Assembly: GCA_030248215.1 (NCBI GenBank)
Contig: JASANG010000424.1
Location: 62,001 to 126,000 of the forward strand
DNA: 64,000 bases
Direction of reading: 5' to 3'
Source of the DNA: Enoplolaimus lenunculus
Lineage: Eukaryota
Below are positions 39,207 to 51,700 of this stretch, piece by piece. Under the pieces are notes generated by a model. The model searched no databases, was not told the DNA's origin, and saw nothing but the letters and a program-made list of their open reading frames with translations. How positions within the stretch are numbered: position 1 is the stretch's first letter; the number at the start of each line of letters is the position of its first letter. The position numbers and the translations under genes are program-made.

Positions 39207-40200
39207 ACCAGTCGTAGTGGGACTACATTTATTGAGCGAAACTCGAACGCACGTAAGCAATTAAGGTAATATGCAAATTAGTTGTTAGCTAACTATTCAT
39301 TTATCGGTTTTGGAGGTTTGTATGCAATTTCCTCAGATTCCTCGCACCCAAAAACCCTTCAGTCACTCTAATAATTTTTGGAATAATTAAAAAAGTCCTA
39401 GTTTTGTTTTGTCAATTAAGCTAATATGCAAATTAGTTATTAGCTAACTATTCAATTATCGGTTTTGGAGGTTTGTAAACAATTTATTCAGATTCTTCGC
39501 ACCCAAAAACCTTCAGTAAACCCTAATAATTATTGAAATAATTTAAAAAGTCCTAGTTTTGTCTTGTCAATTAAGCTAATATGCAAATTAACTGTTAGCT
39601 AACTATTCAATTATCGGTTTGGGATGTTTGTAAACTATTTATTCCAATTCCTCGCACCAAAAAACCCTTTAGTGCTGAAATTATATTGCTTTTAACCTTA
39701 ATAACCTTAATAATTAGTGAAATATTGTAAAAAATCCTAATTTAGGCTTACAAACTATGCTAATATGCAAATTATCTATTAGCTAACTGCTCAATTATCG
39801 GTTTTGGAGATTTGTAAACAGTCTACGCAGATTCCTCGCACCCAAAAACTCTTTAATGCTATAATTAGATTGCTTCTAACTGTAATAATTAGTGAAATAT
39901 TGTGAAAGTCCTAGTTTAGGCTTAATTAATTATGCAACTTGGCCTGTAGCTAATAAACGGCTTAAAATTTTCCAACTCCAATGCGAGATTAACACCCCAA
40001 GATAATTGGCTTTCAAACAAAAAAAAGTTTATCAAAATCGGTTCAGCCGTTCCAGAGATTCTTTTCGGACGGACAGACGGACAGACGGACAGACGGACAG
40101 ACGGACGGACGGACATCCACCTTTCGACCCCCAAATACAAAACATAAAACGCTTCGCGAAACTCCGAGCTTTGCCCGGAGTTTCGCTTCGCTCAATAAAA
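39207..40200 (-). mobile_element. Non-autonomous Helentron/DINE-1-like (HINE) element with internal tandem repeats
   Basis: Subterminal IR tttattgagcgaa/ttcgctcaataaa, terminal hairpin gtagtgggactac, (GACG/GACA)n microsatellite at ~40067-40114 next to caaaatcggttcagccgtt, and 150-190-bp internal repeats. Confidence 0.8.
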
Positions 40201-42210
40201 ACACTGTGGCTTGAAACTTTCGTCTTTTGTTAAAAAGTTTCACGGATATTTTTTCCAAACACAATTCAGACGTGCGAGCATTCACTGGGTTTTCTAAAAT
40301 TTTAATACAAAAATAACGGTTGCACAGAAGGTTTTAAGATTTTGAATGAATTTCGTAATTTTTGTTTCATTTCGAACAATTGTAGCACATGTATTCAGTT
40401 TTACGGTGAGAATCCATCTCAACCGCATGTGAAAATAAAACACTTTTTTTGCAAAATGATTCGTTTAAACTTTATTTTGGTTTCAGATTTAGCTTAAATC
40501 ACCCTGTTGTCGACTGAGGTAAATAGTTTTTCAGAAAACAAAATCTGTACATTTCTGTCAGATGGCTGGTATCACATTTCGCGTACCGGACAACTCGTCG
40601 ACCGACATTTTGTTGCTCGACACCAGACAATTTGTCACCTAACATGATGCTAAGGCTTAGGCTTTATCTACTGTTGGCAGACAAGATGTCGTAGATTCGT
40701 CATATAAAGACATACAGAAACGCAATTTGCCCTCAAAATATTGACAGATAGCATATATTCTTTTGTTTCACGCCATTGCCTCCCAAACAAATAGTACTTT
40801 AAATTTTTTATTTTAATATTAATTCTATTAACCTTCAGCGTTTTCTTGAGCGTCTCAAACAGTTTAGAACAAAAATAGCTTAATAAAAAGCAACGCCGAA
40901 GAATTAAAAGAGACAGAAAATTGTTTAAATATATCATTTTTTTGAAAAAATTTGAAAACTTTCTAATTTAGCAAGCGAACAAATTTTGAATCTGACATTT
41001 TTAAGTTGAATACACGCTTCAGTGCCAATGCGGTGGCGGCAGTCAAAGACCGCTGCGCGACTTGAAGTCTTACTTAATTTCTGATTTTTTTCTCAAAAAT
41101 GAACTAAAACACAATCGTATTTTTGTTGCAAAAATTTCCTAAATCAAAAATTTGTCTGTTTTCTTAAAATAGGAAATTTCGAATTGCAAAATTAGCAAAC
41201 TTTTAGCGTCGCCAAACAGCGCCGTTTTATCGAGTCTTTTAATGTTGACTGTTGTTTGTACGTCAAACTTTTGCTATTAAACAATGACCATTTTTGACAA
41301 ATTATTTTGTTTTAATTTTTCAAACAGTTGTCCATTAATAGATTAAAGCTTTAGAATTGGGTTTGCGACGTCTTATTTTAATAGCGGCTGACGCTGTGGA
41401 TTTTGACTAAATTTGCTTATATAAAGATGTGGTTGTGATTTGAAAGCTGCCGTCTCTTTAGCAGTTGAAAGTTAATTGGTCATCGCGAATTTTAAGTATA
41501 GAACTTGTATACTTTTAAACTTTTTACAATTTAAATTTTAATTTATTCAATTTAAGTAATCTTCATTTATTTTCAATTCCACTTCTGGTTAAGGTAATTT
41601 TGTTTGCAGACGATGTTAATGATCAGACCCGTTTCATTGTTGGCTGAGTTTGGTTGGCTGAGTTTGAAACCACAGCGGAACCAGAAATTTCTGTCGTCAG
41701 GGGCGGGATGGCAAAAATTATGAAGCGCAACTTTTTGCTCTATGCTATATTTGTGCCAATTTTTTGAGGGAGAAAACTTGTAACAGTGGGGCCTTAACTA
41801 GTATTTCATCACTAAAAGTTTTCTGAATAGGAGGCGTACGCCCAACTCTCCGTTTATGAATCCGCTAGTAGGTTTGAAACATGGCTAAAATTAAGCTTTG
41901 CCTCAAATTTTGTCGTGACTGCAGTAACAACATTAGTGTTGGTCAAAATAAGCGAAAATGTTTTCAAAATCAAACAAGGGCTCGGAGGACAACTTCCGGT
42001 GGCTGGCGACAAAATTTCATTTTTTCTAAAGCAACAGATTGTTTTCTACCGCGTAACAAGTCTTGTTTCTCGCTACGCTGGCTTGCAAACGTTTTGTCTA
42101 ACAAGAGTTATATTCTTCGCCTATAAATTAGGTTAAGCGAGCATATGAACTGGCAAAGGTGTGTCTGAGATAGCACGATTTGTTCTAAAAATTACTTTCT
42201 TTCAATTTAA

Positions 42211-42727
42211 TGCGGGGTTCACGTTATAAACGGGGCAGCTCGGTCACGATTTGTCACATTCTACATGTTGGTGTAACATTTTGTCTGTGATGTAATCCAA
42301 TATGATATTCCAAAAACTGTAGTTGTCTGCTACCATTATGTATCGGTCACGTTTTGTCTTTCAACATTATATGATACTCCCGATATCGTCTGTCAATATC
42401 GTATAATCATTTTAAAAACGGCCACTGAGCCAGAATAATGGAATATCATATGATACTCTAAATTCGTCTTGCTGAATATCACTTCATATATGCTGTTAAT
42501 TTGGAATATCATATTACATTAACCAAATTTGTCTCATAGTGTCATGTGACATTCGAACACTTGTATGTTGAGATAACCTGTGTGCCTGTACTTTGTATAG
42601 CAATCACACATGTTATTCGACTTTTTTCTGTCCGTATCATATGATAATAGCAGAAATTTGTGTTCATCTCGAATCAACATGTGACAAAATATGACCCGAC
42701 TGCCCCAGTTATACCGTGAATCCCACA
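42211..42727. mobile_element. Harbinger-like MITE with TAA TSD, 53 nt upstream of the Cys/Pro gene ATG
   Basis: taa|tgcggggttcacgttataaacggggcag...ctgccccagttataccgtgaatcccaca|taa; partial relatives at ~26838, ~59223, ~59708. Confidence 0.75.
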
Positions 42728-42780
42728 TAAACTGTCAGATAATAAAATTTTTAAAAAATTCAAAACCGAATTGACGAATA

Positions 42781-45700
42781 ATGATTATATCGGCACTATT
42801 TGCGCTATGGTTATTCATAACCGTATCAACAGCTGCAAGCGATTACGGTAAGCTGAATCTTCTATTGGCGTTTAATTTTATTGTTTAATCAGTTTTCCCT
42901 TGGGAAAACCGTTTGACAATCTAAAATGTAAACGGAGGCAAACTGCTAGCGACTATAGGATATGGCCACTAGCGGAACCAGAAGAGAGTGCGTACGCACT
43001 CATCCTTGGAAAGCTATTTGTGATAAAATGGTTTGGTCTTTATGTTAAAATTTGTCTCTCGCAGAAATTGTTTTGTAATAATAGGAACCGGTCCCTACCT
43101 TACAATTTTTCGCTGCTAATGGCACATACATAGCATACAGCAAAAATTGCGCTTCATGAAACTTTCGGCAGCCCCGTCAGAAGTTTCTGCAAACCGCCGG
43201 GGTCTGGTCGATCCTTGTCATTTGTTTTACCGAAGGACCGGACCACGAATCAAAAAGAAGGCAAACTGTTTAGCTGTATTTGTGTCTACTATGAACATTT
43301 TGAACGAATACTGAAAAATAGGCTTAATTTTAGAGCAGATCATGACATTTAATAAAATTTACAGCTTTTAATTTTTTCTATTGTTGTATGAAAATATAAT
43401 TTGTAATAAATGCACAGTTTTTAATTTTGACGCATATTCCCTTAATTTCATCTAGACAATTTGTTTTGAATTTAAATCAACGAATTTAAAACATTTACTG
43501 TTGTTATGTGAAAATGTACTTTATACTAAAAACACAGTTTTTAATTTTGACGCATATTCTATTAATTTATTCTAGACAATTTGTTTCGAAATTAAAACAT
43601 TTTCTATTGTTATATAAAAATATAACTTGTAATAAATGCACAGTTTTTAATTTTGACGCATATTCTCTTAATTTCTTCTAGAAAATTTGTTTTGAATTTA
43701 AAACATTTTCTATTGTTATATGAAAATATAATTTGTAATAAAAGCACAGTTTTTAATTTTGATGCATATTCTCTTTTAATTTCATCTAGACAATTTGTTT
43801 TGAATTTAAAACATTTTCTGTTGTTATGTGAAAATATACTTTAAATTTTTAGCAAATTGTTTTTTCTTTTGTTTCAGATCAGCTTGGTCATATGTGCACA
43901 GTGGGTGTCTATCCGTTACCTGGAAATTCGCAGGATTCCTATTTAGCATGCCTAAAACCATCGGATAATGCCAAAGAATGGCCGTGGTTAGTTTTTAAGA
44001 ATTTAATTTGCTCATTCTGTTTCGTAGATATGGGTACAACCGGAGGTCTGCCTCCGGCCGGCTCCTGCTACGGTAAAAAAATCGTCTTACGGATCCGGCT
44101 CCGGTACAATTGTTGCCGGAGGTTTCGGGCAATTTCGGTAATAAAATTTTGCCTTAATTTTGCAAAATTCATCTGTTTAGCGCATTTTGTTTTACTTTTG
44201 CCGAAATTTTCAAGAAAGAATTTCGAAAATTTCGCGGAAAATTAGCGTAAAACCAAACAATTTAACAACATATTGCAGATATTGGCTAAAATTAACTAAG
44301 TAACCATTATATTGTGCAGTTAAGAGACGAGACTGTTGCTGTGTTGATTCAGGTTACGTGTTGCATGATTTTGAAATTTACAACAATTTACAACGTTGTC
44401 TCGACTGAAATATTTGAATGACTACCTCGAATAATTGTCACAATAATTTCATTTTGTTCTTTTTTTCATTAATTTAAAGAAATTTCAATTTTTAAAGAAA
44501 ATTTTTTTTAAATTTAAAGATATTTTATATTTTTAAGGGAACAAGTCGGTGTTTGGACACACAAAGCTTGCGTAAAAGGTAAACTATTTTCCGTAGAAGA
44601 CCGTATGTGCCGAAACGAACGAACCGTTCGGCGACAACAACAAAACTACTGCAGTCAGTATCCAAGCACGTGTGGATTTAGTCAGGTATGTCATTTCGCA
44701 AATAGCAATTATGGCTTATCGAAAACTGCTAAACAAAGAGTGTATTTCATGATTCGCTTTATATAAATAGGCTTAGGCTTAGACTTATGCTTAGGCGAAG
44801 GCTTACGCTTAGGCTTAGGCTTAGGCGTAGGTGTATGCGTAGACGTAGGCTTAGGTTTAGGCTTAGGCTTAGGCTTAGGCTTTTGTTTGCATCATTTTTT
44901 ATTTTTGAAATTGCAAATTTCACTGAGAAGAGTACGACGTATACAGTTTTTAATGTGGGTTCAGTCAACTTTTACATATTGCTGAGGTCTTAATCTCATA
45001 AAATCATATTGATACTAGTTCGTTTATCCAACTCGCTCAATATACAACTTTAAACCTAGAGAGTCTCTCGTATTGTATGAATTTGAAACAATTCGCACGC
45101 GTACTCTATATATTAAAGCCGGAATGCCCCACATACGTATTTTGGGCAGCGTTCCAGCGCAGGAGTAAACAAGTCTGACAGTACTGTGATTTAATTAACT
45201 ATTATATTTCTACATATCGTTGTAAACTAGAATTTGTGCATATAGGAAAGTACTTTACATAGCATATCCTAACTTTTCCAAGTTCTCTGGTCACTTAGAC
45301 TTGCTTAATAACATTTTTGTTGAAGATATAATATACCAGCCGTCTTTCCAGTACATTATGAGAGTTGCACATTTGTCCAACTGTGTTGACTAGTAATTGT
45401 TAAACGCTTTGAGTGACATGCGTTTACTCGATTTTCGACAAACGTAGGCTTGTCGCTTGCTGCATTTTGAACAAGACAAAGGTTAAAAATTAACCAACAA
45501 AAATTTATTTATATCAATTAACTTAAAAATCAAACAGCAAAAATTATTTAAATTGAATTTTATAATAAAAAACAATATTGAAAAGTTTGTCGAAAAATTT
45601 ATACTTTATTTTCAGCCCGAGCCAGTGCGTTATATACCACAACCACAACCGTGTGGACCTCCACCAGCAGCGCCTTGCCATGTAAGCAACCACTTAAAAT

Positions 45701-48637
45701 ATTTGGCCCGTGTAAAGATCAGGGGCGGAACGTTTTCCTGTCGGACTGCAATAGACTAAGCTTAAGCTTTAGACTAATTTTTTTGTTTGGCTTAGGCTTA
45801 AGCTTACGCTTACAAATCTACTCATTCTTAGGCTTAGGCTAGGCTTAGGCTTAGGCTTAGGCTTAGGCTAGGCTTAGGCTTAGGCTTAGGCTTAGGCTAG
45901 GCTTAGGCTTAGGCTTAGGCTAGGCTTAGGCTTAGGCTTAGGCTTAGGCTAGGCTTAGGCTTATGCTTAGGCTTAGGCTTAGGCTTAGGCTAGGCTTAGG
46001 CTTAGGCTTAGGCTTAGGCTAGGCTTAGGCTTAGGCTTAGGCTAGGCTTAGGCTTAGGCTTAGGCTTAGGCTAGGCTTAGGCTTAGGCTTAGGCTAGGCT
46101 TAGGCTTAGGCTTAGGCTAGGCTTAGGCTTATGCTTATGCTTAGGCTTAGGCTTAGTAATATGCTCATTATTACGCTTAGGTTTAGGCTTAGGCTTAGGA
46201 ATATGCTTATTACACTGTTCCACCTTTGTTCTTTACAATGGAAAAATAGTTTAACTCATAGCGGTATTCTAAAGTACGCATGTCAATTTACATTCATGTT
46301 CCTTGTACCTTTTTGCACGTATACAAAAATCGACAGGGGTAGCCTAGAGGAACCCCTGCGATTAGTGTAATCATCTCTGACGACGAGTATTCCGCCAGTG
46401 TAAGAGGGGCAGTTGAATAAATCACAGAAAAACGCTGGTATAAAAGTTAAACTTGTGTGGTGCAACTGAACCTAAATTGAAAAATATATAACAATCCGGA
46501 ACCAAATAATGAACGGGTGAAAGTACCATTTGAAAAGGTGAAATAAATATCAGTCTCTCTTCACTTATTCGGGTCAGTACAATAGTGTTCATACATATGA
46601 GACATAAATTGTTAGCGTATAACCAACAGTGTAACCAGATTTTCGTCTCATTTTCAGCTGACCTTTTCTATAACCGGCAATCAAACCTGTATCCGGATCT
46701 GTAGCCAGAGGGGCGCCAAACCTGAGCCATCACTGCAAAAATATTACCCCACCAGAAAAGTTAAAAGCTTGTATGTAATCATCGCAAACCCTTGTAAGCT
46801 TCTGCTAAATAAATTTTTTAGCACTCGTAGCAAAGTGAGTTGGCCATGGGTATGCGTGTTTTACTAGCTTATAGGTTACTGTATTACTGCCCGCGGTACA
46901 TATTTTCGGTTGTTTCAGCCCCAACCTATTATCGATCCACTGCCCCCACCGCCGCCACCGATACAGACGTGTGGACCGCCTCCTGCGCCCCCGTGTCAGG
47001 TATGTCATTGTGGCTATCATCACTTTCGACGCCTGCACTGTAAATTTTATTGAGTTGATTTTAACTCAAAATGAGTTGAATCACTCAGTCTGATTTAGGA
47101 CTATCAGAACTCACAATTTTGAGTTGATTCAACTCATTCTGGTTTAATTTATCATCTCACCCGGAGTCAACTCAACTCACAGTAAGTATCAACTCAACTT
47201 AGAGTGTGTTGAACTTTACTGTTATTAACTCCTTCTCACATTGAGTTGCCTATAGGCAACTCAGCGCAGTGTATATACGGTAAATAATATATCGCACCGT
47301 GTTTAACAATTGCAACACGTATACATAGTAATAAATCACCACAAGACGTGAGAGCCCCCTCGGGCTCGAGCGTCAAGCTGCTATAGCTGAGTGGTGATGG
47401 TATACGCCTCCCACTCCAGTCACTGGAGTTCGAATCCTTGCATAAAACTAGGTCTCAGGGGAAATAGAAAATATTCATGTGAGAAAGGGTTAACTGAAAA
47501 ATAACTAACATTCCGCCTGAGTTGATTAATTAACTCTTTTGAACTTACAGTGTCACCCTTGTGTATTTTCCACTCCATATTTACGCTTAGACTTAATCTA
47601 CTCAGACTTATTCTTAGTTGTACGAAAAGCCTTCTCTGTGGCTGAACCTAAACTTTTGTTTAGGCTTTTGGCTAAGGCTGAGGCGGAGCCCAAGTTGAGG
47701 AATAAGCCATAAATCTTAAATCGTAAGCCTTTGCCTACACCTTTCGCTAAGTAGGTTAAAATTGGGCCGAAACCTAAACTATAAAGCCCACATATTAAAG
47801 CCTAAGCCATTGTCTAAGCCGTTGGCTACAGGTAAAAGCTGAGCGAGCACAAGCTATTTTCGTTTGCTATTCGACACTTTCGTCTACAAGCGGCGGCTTA
47901 CGCTCTCGATTAGGCTTTGGTAAAGGCTTACGCACACGGTAAAGCTTAGGCTTAGCTCAACGTTTTCCTTAGCTTAATCATAAGCCTGAACGTGAGCCTA
48001 AACCTAAAAGCCGATGGGAAAGTGTGCAAGAGTGTTCAGTTTTAAATTTGAGAAAATCTATTGATATTTTAATTTTTTTCAGCCACAACCAATCGTAATT
48101 GAACCGCAGCCGTCGTGTGGACCACCTCCGGCTCAACCGTGTCAGGTGACCAAATTATAGAAATAATGGTATATATACCAGATAGCAATAAACAATTGCT
48201 TTGATTAAAGTTGTAATAGAAAAGAATGTACACAGCACGCGTTGCGTTTTTGTTAACAATCACATCTCCATTAAATGTAGCGTTAATATTAACTGTTGAA
48301 ACGTTCAAAATTGCATCAAAAAGCCAAATTATTTAATATATTAATATTTAACATAGTTTGCCGAAAATTGTGTTTTAAATGATTAATATTAAAAATATTA
48401 GTTTTTAAATAATTTTGTGTTATATTTGTTTTAGCCTCCTCTCCCACCGCCGCAACCTGTGTGTGGACCCCCACCACAGCCACCGTGTCCAGTAAGTGCT
48501 TTTTGCGTCTAAGCATATTCCAATCGCTTATATTCAACAATAAATATTGTCTTCCGCTATAAATTTTTAAGCACGGAAATCAAATTTTACAAATACGCTG
48601 TTAACAATTGAATTCCTATTACCAAGAGTGAATGGTC

Positions 48638-48673
<36 letters not shown>

Positions 48674-48676
48674 TCC

Positions 48677-48759
<83 letters not shown>

Positions 48760-51700
48760 TTCAGCCACCCCCTCCGCCGCCACAGCCTGTGTGTGGACCG
48801 CCACCTCAACCTGCATGTCAGGTAAGTATTTATTTCTATTTTCAAATTAAAAGAAATGACGTTTTAGAACACTTGTTAGCGATATGAACAAGCAAACCGC
48901 ACCTTGTTCTTTAAGTCAAAGTTGTCGGAAAAAATGACAAATTTAAATATTTTTAATTTTTAGTTTAAAATTAACATCATATAACGCCAATAACGTAGTT
49001 TTAGCTGAATTAACGGGCAGTGGATTTCAGTTTTAGATTTTAACTTTTTTTTTGTATATTTTAAAAAATCGTTCGGCCACCGCAATGATTTTACAAAAAG
49101 TACAGCTCTGTCTATTCACTAAAAATATGCTTGAAATTAAGTAAAACTTTAGCTGAGTCAAGTGTCAATTGTACTTAATATCGCGCTTGGCAAAGATTTA
49201 CTTAATTTTAAGCAAACACAAAATGCTTAGTTTTGCATTTAGTATTTAATTAATCAACAAATGACAACAGTAGTTTTACTTCTATATATAATTTCAGTAA
49301 AGACTTACTCAATATTTAAAACACTTATACTTAAAATAAGTTAGTGAAACAAAGGGTGTAACCGAATATCCGTTTTCGTTTCCGGTAAAAATCAGTGTTC
49401 GTCACTCATTTCCAAGCCGTTTGCACCAGATTTTTTAGCCTTAGAACGGGCTTGTTGAGGCTAGGACGTGACCAAATTCTTAAACGAAAAAAATAGTTTT
49501 GTGCCATTCCAGATGTACTTTTAGAAAGTTGACGTGCAGGCGGACGTACCATTGTTATATAACAGAACCAAATTGTTCTGAACTCTTAACGTAAAAACAG
49601 ATTTAAGAATTTGAAATTTTGATTTGTTGCATGCTTGAGGTAAAGCATAGTGTAATTAAGATTAAAACAACATCCATCATGGTGTAACCGGATATCCGTT
49701 TCCGATTAAAATCGGATCCTGTCTCCTTTTTCCTTATAGAAATACTGGAAATTCGGTTAGTTTTACGCTCAAAATTACTTATAAACAACGTATGTTGTTT
49801 GCAATTTTTCATTACAGACGTGCTGTAAGTATTAGAAATTAAAAGAAATTACGAAATTCATCCAAAATCTTGAAAACTTCGGCTCATCCGCCATTTTTTC
49901 TTTAAAATTTTAGAAAGCCCAGTCAAAAATTTGCACGCCTCAATTATGTTGGCAGAAAAATAAAACATTTTTGAAATTTCACGTAAATTATAAAGTGTTT
50001 AAAATTTAAAACAGTCGCTGTTTTCGCGAAGCGTTTTATGTTTTGTACTTGGGGGTCGAAAGGTGGATGTCCGTCCGTCCGTCTGTCTGTCTGTCCGTCC
50101 GAAAAGTATCTCAGGAACAGATAAACCGATTTTGATAAACCTTTTTTAGTTTGAAATCCAATTATCCTGGAGTGTTAACCTTGCATTGGGGTTTTACAAT
50201 TTTAAGCCGTTTATTAGCTACAGGCTAATTTGCATAATTAATTAAGCCAAAATTAGGACTTTCCACAATATTTCACTAATTATTACAGTTAGAAGCAATC
50301 TAATTTTAGCATTAAAGGGTTTTTTGGTGCGAGGGATCTGCGTAGACTGTTTACAAACCTCCAAAACCGATAATTGAGCAGTTGGCTAATAGATAATTTG
50401 CATATTAGCATAGTTTATAAGGCTAAATTAGGACTTTTTACAATATTTCACTAATTATTAAGGTTAAAAGCAATATAATTTCAGCACTAAAGGGTTTTTA
50501 GGTGCGAGGAATTTGAATACATAGTTTACAAACATCAAAACCGATAATTGAATAGTTAGCTAATAGCTAATTTGCATATTAGCTTAATTAACAAGACAAA
50601 ACTAGAACTTTAAATTATTCCAAAAATTATTAGGGTGGATGAAGGGTTTTGGGTGCGAGGAATCTGAGGAAATTGCTTACAAACCCCCAAAACCGATAAA
50701 TTAATCAATAATTATTAGGGTTTACTGAAGGTTTTTGGGTGCGAGAAATCTGAATAAATTGTTTACAAATCTCCAAAACCGATAATTGGGTAGTTAGCTA
50801 ATAGCTAATTTGCATATTAGCTTAATTCACAAGACAAAATTAGGACTTTAAATTATTCCAAAAATTATTAGGGTGGCTGAAGGGTTTTTGGGTGCGAGGA
50901 ATCTGAGGAAATTGCTTACAAACCCCCAAAACCGATAAATTAATAGTTAGCTAATAACTATTTTGCATATTACCTTAATTGCTTACTTGTGTTCGAGCTT
51001 CGCTCAATAAATGTAGTCACACTACGACTGGTTATACATTATTATTTTTGTTATAGCCCGTATGCGGTCAACCACAGCAACCTGCGTGCCCGGTTAGTAT
51101 TTTTATATTAGCCGGTAATAACTGACACTCGTAAAGAATATAAATTTCAACAGTCTTAAACTTTGAAATGTTTTAAATATATTAAATATCTTAAATGTAC
51201 ACCAAATCCCTACCAAGACTTCGAATCAAAATTTCTTTCAATATCATGGACATAGAAGGACTAAAATTAGGCAAAGAAAACATTTTTGTTGTAAATTTTT
51301 ATGTATATGTATATGTATATTATTATTATTATTATTATTATTATTTTAGCCTGTCAAAAAACCGTGTCCGTTTGCGGGTAGCGGTATGTGCAGTTGGATG
51401 CTTGAAAAGCTGAGACCTGCTGGTCAAGGCTATCAACAGTGTGTTCCGGTTACCAACAGACGAAGGTAAGTAAAATTTATTTATATTTAATTTTATTTTA
51501 TAAAGAAATTTTATTCGCAAATCATAACAACTTCATCCCATGTTACTTTTAGGGACGTCCCGGTTTCTGGTGGGTCTGTAAAAGAGCAGGCTTACATACA
51601 TTATCGACTATATTTTTTGCTTAGGCTTAGCCTTAGGCTTAGGAATGCGCTTTTGCAACGCTTAGGCTTAGGTTTAGTTATTCAGTGCCTGAGCAGTCTA

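Noticed and set aside
41415..41593. TATA box (tatataaag) and a non-coding first exon for the Cys/Pro gene
   Set aside because: Plausible, but such motifs are too common in this AT-rich DNA to call without transcript data.
45790..46198. Long TTAGGC array as a true chromosome end or de novo telomere-addition site
   Set aside because: It is bounded by TIRs and an 8-bp TSD, and the gene continues in phase on both sides.
47370..47445. Functional tRNA gene
   Set aside because: Only A/B boxes are recognisable, the cloverleaf stems do not pair well, and it lies within a multi-copy TTAA element.
48619..48850. IYIYIY ORFs
   Set aside because: (TA)n microsatellite; only 48765-48821 is a real exon, in another frame.
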